Shown in pieces: positions 58,416 to 64,000 of a DNA stretch of 64,000 bases (position 1 is its first letter; each line of letters starts with the position of its first letter). This DNA is from a virus. The stretch lies in the IMG/VR virus record IMGVR_UViG_3300005841_000032, positions 46,428 through 110,427 of that record; one strand, given 5' to 3'. The notes beneath the pieces are model-generated. The model saw only the letters and a program-made list of their open reading frames with translations. It had not been told where the DNA came from and searched no databases. The translations under genes and the position numbers were made by a program.

Positions 58416-59887
58416 ACAAATGCACTATAAAATTCATTCACTGGTATCAATTTATTCAAAGCGTATACTGTTACGTCTACCGCTTCATCATGTTGCGCTT
58501 TAGGAAATGCAGTTAAGTAAGTCAAGTACTGATCTACATAACTTCCATTTACTAATTTTACTCTTCTAGCTTCTACCATTCCCGATACACTTGTTGCTCT
58601 TGCTACCTTATCGTCTTTTAAGAAGTCGCCAGTTATTTCAATTACATTCAACTTAGTTGCCGCTTTCATTTGTTGTGCTACTGACTTTCCATTCGCTTTA
58701 GGTTCAATATATATACAACTATTAAAAGTATAACCTGTCTGCTGTATATATTTCGGCAAAAAGTCAAGCAATTTAGGAAACTCCATTTTAACTTCCAAAA
58801 AATTAATAACATATATATCATTTCCCTTTTTAAAACAAGCAAGGATGCCAGTAAAATCATTTTCCTCATCTTCCGTAAACGCAGTATCTATAAAGAAATG
58901 AATGGGGCTATTATTATGATCTCTACTGACTTGTTCTGGTTCCATAATATCAAACCACCTACGCTTAAATATATTACCTTCTAATGGAACTGGCCTTTGT
59001 TGAAATTGTCCAGCGAAATATAAACTGCCCTTCTTTCTTTCTCCATTTAATACTTGTTCTGAAAAACGACTTGCCCAAAATAATCCGCCTTGTTCATCGT
59101 AATACTTTTTCAAATCTTTAGGCATTACTATCTGTTCATCATATTCAGCCGGTATACAGATATGTTCACATTCTTCAGGCCTACCTTCTTTTGGGTCCAG
59201 CATATACCCAAATAAATCTTTTAGATGCAAACGTTGGGCCACATTAATGCGTGAACCTATTTCCAATTGATTAATACGATTTGAAATAGTTGAATTCCAT
59301 CTTTCTATTGCACTATCTCTTTCTTTATCTGATGCAGCTATTTTGGGACTTAACGCATCATCTCCCACCAAAAAATCCCCTCCCATTCCTGTAACTGTTC
59401 CGTCCAATCCAAATGCATATCTAAACCCACCAGCCGTATTTGCATAATGACCCGCTCCTGAAAGATCACTTCTTAATTGAACTTTCCCACCATACAATCT
59501 TTGATACCAAGCCGTTTGAATTAAATCTTTTGATTGACGTGCAAGATTAACAGCAATTGTATCTGAATAAGAAAAACTTAAAAATTTAAAACAAGGATTC
59601 AATGTCCACAACCACGGCAACCAAATAACAGTTACTATCATTGACTTAGAAGAACGAGGGGGAACATTTATTAAAATGTCCTTTAATCTTTTTTCTCCTC
59701 TTAAAACTCTTAATCCCTCTTCTTGTAGTCTGTCACAAAGAAACTTTGCATGCCAATTTTCATCATATTGCAATCCCGGATGCAATTGACAGAATGCAGC
59801 TTTGTAAAATTCATAGTAGGATTGTTTGTAAATTCTACGTTCAAGATTTATTTCTATCTTATTTAATATGCTAAAGTCTTCACCCAT
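58412..59887 (-). CDS. terL: Terminase large subunit
   Basis: INVPPRSSKS Walker A variant, FLVGDD Walker B, QRLH, QFQQRP, FIDTA, FPKAQHDEAVD. Confidence 0.95.
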   Translation of the reverse strand: MGEDFSILNKIEINLERRIYKQSYYEFYKAAFCQLHPGLQYDENWHAKFLCDRLQEEGLRVLRGEKRLKDILINVPPRSSKSMIVTVIWLPWLWTLNPCFKFLSFSYSDTIAVNLARQSKDLIQTAWYQRLYGGKVQLRSDLSGAGHYANTAGGFRYAFGLDGTVTGMGGDFLVGDDALSPKIAASDKERDSAIERWNSTISNRINQLEIGSRINVAQRLHLKDLFGYMLDPKEGRPEECEHICIPAEYDEQIVMPKDLKKYYDEQGGLFWASRFSEQVLNGERKKGSLYFAGQFQQRPVPLEGNIFKRRWFDIMEPEQVSRDHNNSPIHFFIDTAFTEDEENDFTGILACFKKGNDIYVINFLEVKMEFPKLLDFLPKYIQQTGYTFNSCIYIEPKANGKSVAQQMKAATKLNVIEITGDFLKDDKVARATSVSGMVEARRVKLVNGSYVDQYLTYLTAFPKAQHDEAVDVTVYALNKLIPVNEFYSAFV

Positions 59888-60464
59888 TCTTTTTAGGCCT
59901 ACCTCTTTTCTTTTTTGGCTTTTCCCCTATTTGTTTTTCTTCTTTTGATTGTGACAATTTCTTCTCCTTCTTTGCTTTTTGTAATAACTCACTTAACCTA
60001 TCTCGCTTTTCCTTATTCAACTTCATTACATCATATTCACTATTAACTGTTTGAAGTTGGACAGTAGATATTTCACCTTTCGATACTCGCATGTGGAATC
60101 CTTCTTTGTGAAATCCTAGCAATTTCTCTTTTGCTCTCAAAGCAGACATTGCTATACCATATGCTTTTATTTCATACAATCCAGCGTATATCTTTTCATA
60201 TCTCTCTACATGCAACGAAACAAGATTGTTTACCTCAAAATCTTTTCTTCCTCTTATTATAGCACGACAATGGCTAATAAAAGACTTTGCTGTATTATGT
60301 TGTATGCGGTATTTATTGATGACGTACTTTATTATTTCTTCTTGCTCTTTCCCCTCAAGCAAAAGAGATATTACATCATTCTCTTTTTGAAGTGCTAATA
60401 TTTTGTTTAACCTGCTTTGTTCTTGTTCAGGTTCAAATTGTTTATGTTGAAGTTTTTTAGACAC
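59880..60464 (-). CDS. Terminase small subunit (putative)
   Basis: Overlaps terL start; helical with HTH-like N-terminus. Confidence 0.6.
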   Translation of the reverse strand: MSKKLQHKQFEPEQEQSRLNKILALQKENDVISLLLEGKEQEEIIKYVINKYRIQHNTAKSFISHCRAIIRGRKDFEVNNLVSLHVERYEKIYAGLYEIKAYGIAMSALRAKEKLLGFHKEGFHMRVSKGEISTVQLQTVNSEYDVMKLNKEKRDRLSELLQKAKKEKKLSQSKEEKQIGEKPKKKRGRPKKNG

Positions 60465-60467
60465 ACG

Positions 60468-61853
60468 CTAATCTAAATCATCGCCCGCAATGATATTACT
60501 TGTAAATCTTGCCTCCAATCCACGTTCCTTATTCCAAAGGAAGGCTTCTGCTGCCCTTGTCGGGCCAATGAAGCCATTAAGATGGTGATACAAGTCGCTA
60601 CCCGACAATGAAGAGAGTGAACGAATAGTAATACCCAACTCTTCTGTTGCCAATTCACGGTGTTGATGACCTAGGTGAAATTCTCGATATGCCGTTCTTG
60701 CCCACGCTTCTTTCATTTCCCACGCCATCAACGATCTTAACTTTTCTCTCTTTTCATTATTCCCATGACTGAATCCAAGTAATACTTTTCCATACTCATA
60801 ATACTTTCTTGGATTTGCACTATTATTTACGTTTACACTCTTATCGTTTCTATACCATGCGGCTAATGTTTCTCCAAGAAAGAATGACTTCGTATAATCG
60901 TGGTTGCCGGGGATAACTAAAATATCTACAGGAGCAAATGTACGCATATAATCAATCCCATAAATCAATAATTGCGTACCTGTTCTAAATGTCTTTTGCC
61001 ATCTATTATCTTCATCTTGCTTTGTGCCCTTAGTTGTCTCCCCCAAATGATTGTCGCTATTAAAGAAATCATTACCCACAATGAATAATATTCTTTCATA
61101 ACTACTCGACTCCGCTTTCTTCAAAAGATCAACAATAGCGTGCTTAAATCTCTTAGTGGCAATCTTCGTGTCATAGTTATTATTACTTTCTTGTCCATAA
61201 ACTAATTTTCCGAGATGCAAATCGTATATTGACACCTCTAGTAAATTATTAGTATTGTTTTTAGAATACTTTATCTTAGGATAATTAATTGGCTTATGTT
61301 TCTTTAAAAGGTCTACAAAGAAATCCTCAAATTTAATAGCAACCTCGAATTGTACTTTCTTCTTAAGCCAAACCTTTACTTGATAATTTACCTTACTAGT
61401 CCAACTACCTGACCTTTTAGCGTAACCGCTCATTACGCCACCCTTCCAAGTTAAATCTTGTTCTCTTTCTTTACCAGAAACAGGATAACTATTACAAATC
61501 CATTTATCAACTTCCCAAATTCTTGTATCTATTTTAAAAAAAGAAATCGCCTCTTCAAGCGATTTGATCATTTCATCTCCCTTATACTCGAATGAGGCGT
61601 TATTATCCGACTCTGTAAATTTCTTTTGTCCGTCTTTTAAATCTGATTCCGGCTCATTTATATTTGCTGAATTTTTAAATGAATTATACAGCTTAATAAA
61701 TTCTTCATATCCTTCATACCCTACACATTCACCTCTTATTTTTCTTAAGTATCTTTCATTAACTCTAAAAAACTCACACGCTCTTCGTAAACTTTTATTA
61801 TTTTCTTTTGCCCACTGAATTATCTTACTTGCTTTCTCTAATCTTGGCGTCAT
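60468..61853 (-). CDS. Calcineurin-like metallophosphoesterase/nuclease with N-terminal HTH
   Basis: YDLHLGK, VGNDFF, PGNHD, SHG, GHQH. Confidence 0.85.
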   Translation of the reverse strand: MTPRLEKASKIIQWAKENNKSLRRACEFFRVNERYLRKIRGECVGYEGYEEFIKLYNSFKNSANINEPESDLKDGQKKFTESDNNASFEYKGDEMIKSLEEAISFFKIDTRIWEVDKWICNSYPVSGKEREQDLTWKGGVMSGYAKRSGSWTSKVNYQVKVWLKKKVQFEVAIKFEDFFVDLLKKHKPINYPKIKYSKNNTNNLLEVSIYDLHLGKLVYGQESNNNYDTKIATKRFKHAIVDLLKKAESSSYERILFIVGNDFFNSDNHLGETTKGTKQDEDNRWQKTFRTGTQLLIYGIDYMRTFAPVDILVIPGNHDYTKSFFLGETLAAWYRNDKSVNVNNSANPRKYYEYGKVLLGFSHGNNEKREKLRSLMAWEMKEAWARTAYREFHLGHQHRELATEELGITIRSLSSLSGSDLYHHLNGFIGPTRAAEAFLWNKERGLEARFTSNIIAGDDLD

Positions 61854-62117
61854 TCAGATTTGCTTTTAGTTAATTTGTAAAAATACACAACTTAACTAAT
61901 ACGAAGCAAAATTATTTTGATTAAGACTGTGGGCTTAATTGATCAATATTAAGTCATGTGCCTTAATTACTTTTCTTTACTTTCTCTTATCTTCTTTGCT
62001 CTATCTTGGCACCATTTCCCCTTATATCCTTCTGATTTATATTCTTTATTTGGAGGATTAATTACATACCAATCAAGCAACTTTTCAGATTCTATTCTGA
62101 ATCCTCTTTTATCTTGA

Positions 62118-62417
62118 TTACTCATCAACGCGTTTTCTTTTTTGTAATTTATCTATAATAGAAAGTACGTCATCCAATGATGCCATCGTAACTGCAGCGC
62201 TGGCCCCTTCAATATAACAATATTGATCTCTCTTGGCTTGGACTTCCTCCCTGATCTTTTCTAACTTTTCAGCATAACTAAGAGCAGCATCCATATAAGC
62301 ATCTCTTTTATTTTGAGTATCGGTAGTAGTATACTTTTTACCTTTGAAGCCAGTGGATGGATACATTTGTTCAGCTTCTTTCTTGATACGTTGTTGTAAT
62401 TCGGTCATGTTATTCAT
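62118..62417 (-). CDS. Hypothetical protein
   Basis: 99 aa ORF. Confidence 0.45.
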   Translation of the reverse strand: MNNMTELQQRIKKEAEQMYPSTGFKGKKYTTTDTQNKRDAYMDAALSYAEKLEKIREEVQAKRDQYCYIEGASAAVTMASLDDVLSIIDKLQKRKRVDE

Positions 62418-63148
62418 TGTTTAATAAATTAAAGGCCTTTTCAATCTCTTTAACTTGAGCTTCTGAAGGGCGCCAATAACCATTACCATTGCTATCGACT
62501 CCTAGCCAAACTATTTCATTGTCGCCTTTATCGATTCTAATCAGAAACTCTTTTCCTAAATCATACCAGAAAGGAAATCATTACCGCATAGGCAACATTT
62601 ACAAATGTACTTGCCATTCTCGTGGCTATAATCTTCAATCCAGTTTCTTCCTTCTTCGTTGTTTAACAACTCTTTCATACTCCGTTTACTTTATTTCACA
62701 AATCTTCTAATCCTAGTAGATAACTTAAGCACCGTTTCTTTAAACCATTTCTGAAAAGCCGGATGTTTAGTGTCATATTCAAGTTGACCATTATTTGCTT
62801 TAATCCAAGGTTTCATATTTAACTTTACCTTTTTCATCTAATATAATACCTTGATTTCTTTTTACCAAATATATTACTTGTTCTTCTATTTTATTCCTTT
62901 TTGATCGACTTAATTTAAACTTTTTATCCTGAATAAGATTGTTATTCGTTCATTAACTCTATTAACCAAATAGGCAATTTAGTTGGCAAATCATCAATAC
63001 TGACTTCTTTTCTTTTATTTGCAATAATTTTATAGATTCCCCTATTGCTCTATCTTCGATATAAGTTAATGCAGTTTTAGCGGCACTTATTGGTATATCA
63101 AACTCATCCATAAATTACACATTCTTTTGATTCTTCCAATACTTCTAG

Positions 63149-64000
63149 CTACTTCACCACAAACCTCACCGCATATTTCTGACTCCCCGATGCATAGAAG
63201 AGCGTATATAATCCGGTCGTAAATATCTTTCCAATATTTATCTCCTTCGCTCCAACTTCAGTCTCACCCACCAACATTCCTACATTATTATAGATCATCA
63301 CCTTATCCCCTTCCTGTCTTGCGAAGCTCGTTCTCACACTAAACGTACCATCCGTTACGGGGTTGGGATACAATCGTATCTTATCTGCCGATGCGTTAAA
63401 TTCTACTTTTATGATCTTCGAGTTTTCGAATTTGCCATCGAAATCAACCGAACGCAACCTGTAATAATTGGCACCCGTCGACGGCATATCATCTTCGAAC
63501 GAATACTCGTTCAGTTGATTACTGTTGCCATGACCGGGAACGCTCCCAATTTCTGTGAAGCTGGTGGCGCTCGCAGATCTCTCGATCACAAACTTGTCGA
63601 AGTTGAGCTCCGAAGCGGTCGACCAGTCAAGCGTAACGGTCGAACCAGTAGCCTTTCCTTCGAACGAAATCAAAGTAATTGGAAGCGCTCCATTGGTACA
63701 GAAGCCCGAAGGGCCTGTACAACCTCCGCCCGCCTGTACACAACCAGTACAACCTGAAAGCGTCGAACCATTGCCCACGCTGATTGCGCCCGATATCGAA
63801 ATGGTACCCGACGGAACTGTAATAGTAGTGTTGTTACCCCCAGTAAAACTCCCGCCAACCTGTAGCGTTCCACCACCGGTCACGTTCAGGTCGGCGTTGT
63901 TGGCCATAATTACGCTACCCTTGATGATAACGGTTCCTGTAATATTCCAAATCACGTTATTGTTCACCTGCAGGTCACCCCAAACTATCAGCGTTCCGGC
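63149..64000 (-). CDS. Bacterial secreted protein with T9SS type A sorting domain (partial, 5' end outside window)
   Basis: LPITLISF...WSTASE...F.IERS...NYYRL..VD.DG...IRLYPNP...GLY...RFVVK; GC-richer than the phage part. Confidence 0.9.
   Translation of the reverse strand, partial: AGTLIVWGDLQVNNNVIWNITGTVIIKGSVIMANNADLNVTGGGTLQVGGSFTGGNNTTITVPSGTISISGAISVGNGSTLSGCTGCVQAGGGCTGPSGFCTNGALPITLISFEGKATGSTVTLDWSTASELNFDKFVIERSASATSFTEIGSVPGHGNSNQLNEYSFEDDMPSTGANYYRLRSVDFDGKFENSKIIKVEFNASADKIRLYPNPVTDGTFSVRTSFARQEGDKVMIYNNVGMLVGETEVGAKEINIGKIFTTGLYTLFYASGSQKYAVRFVVK

Larger units (their letters stand above)
1..63148 (-). mobile_element. Myovirus-type phage genome segment (possible prophage), Bacteroidota host inferred
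   Basis: Co-oriented terminase, portal, protease, capsid, neck, sheath, tube, tape measure and baseplate genes; AT-rich; Bacteroidota-type TAnnTTTG promoters; adjoining T9SS cargo gene. Confidence 0.95.

Noticed and set aside
1-63148. Stop-codon reassignment explaining TGA in TR and the GT-D gene
   Set aside because: TGA, TAG and TAA all end genes normally, long genes are open in code 11, and readthrough would not fix the GT-D frame
1251-63757. Plus-strand ORFs in the track (e.g. 7066-7824, 18563-19171, 25112-25621, 42719-42940)
   Set aside because: Antisense shadows of well-supported minus-strand genes or tRNAs with no recognisable motifs
1-64000. CRISPR array or second VR copy
   Set aside because: No regularly spaced repeats and no other VR-like peptide seen; a manual scan cannot fully exclude a degenerate copy

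Overview
About 63 kb of an AT-rich contractile-tailed (myovirus-type) phage genome, almost certainly infecting a Bacteroidota host, with nearly all genes on the minus strand. In transcription order (right to left): terminase region with two paralogous small-subunit-like genes, lysis and nucleotide-processing genes, portal and head-morphogenesis genes, a compact diversity-generating retroelement (DGR), three tRNAs plus a candidate ncRNA, a ~14 kb glycan-biosynthesis cluster, then head, neck, tail and baseplate genes. Six free-standing homing endonucleases are interspersed. The DGR is directly verifiable: a 71-bp TR/VR pair differs at 19 positions, all at TR adenines, and the target is a small non-tail protein. 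Other notable signals: tandem HiPIP-like Fe-S motifs on the prohead protease, an 8-nt stop-containing gap in a glycosyltransferase motif next to an HNH gene (candidate ribosomal bypass), a recurrent GTATTTTTAA late-promoter motif, and a second bipartite promoter heading the DGR operon. At ~63149 the sequence switches abruptly to a GC-richer bacterial T9SS-cargo gene (prophage edge or assembly chimera). Several homopolymer frameshifts mean single-base anomalies need read-level checking. Family assignments rest on motifs, synteny and recall, not database searches.
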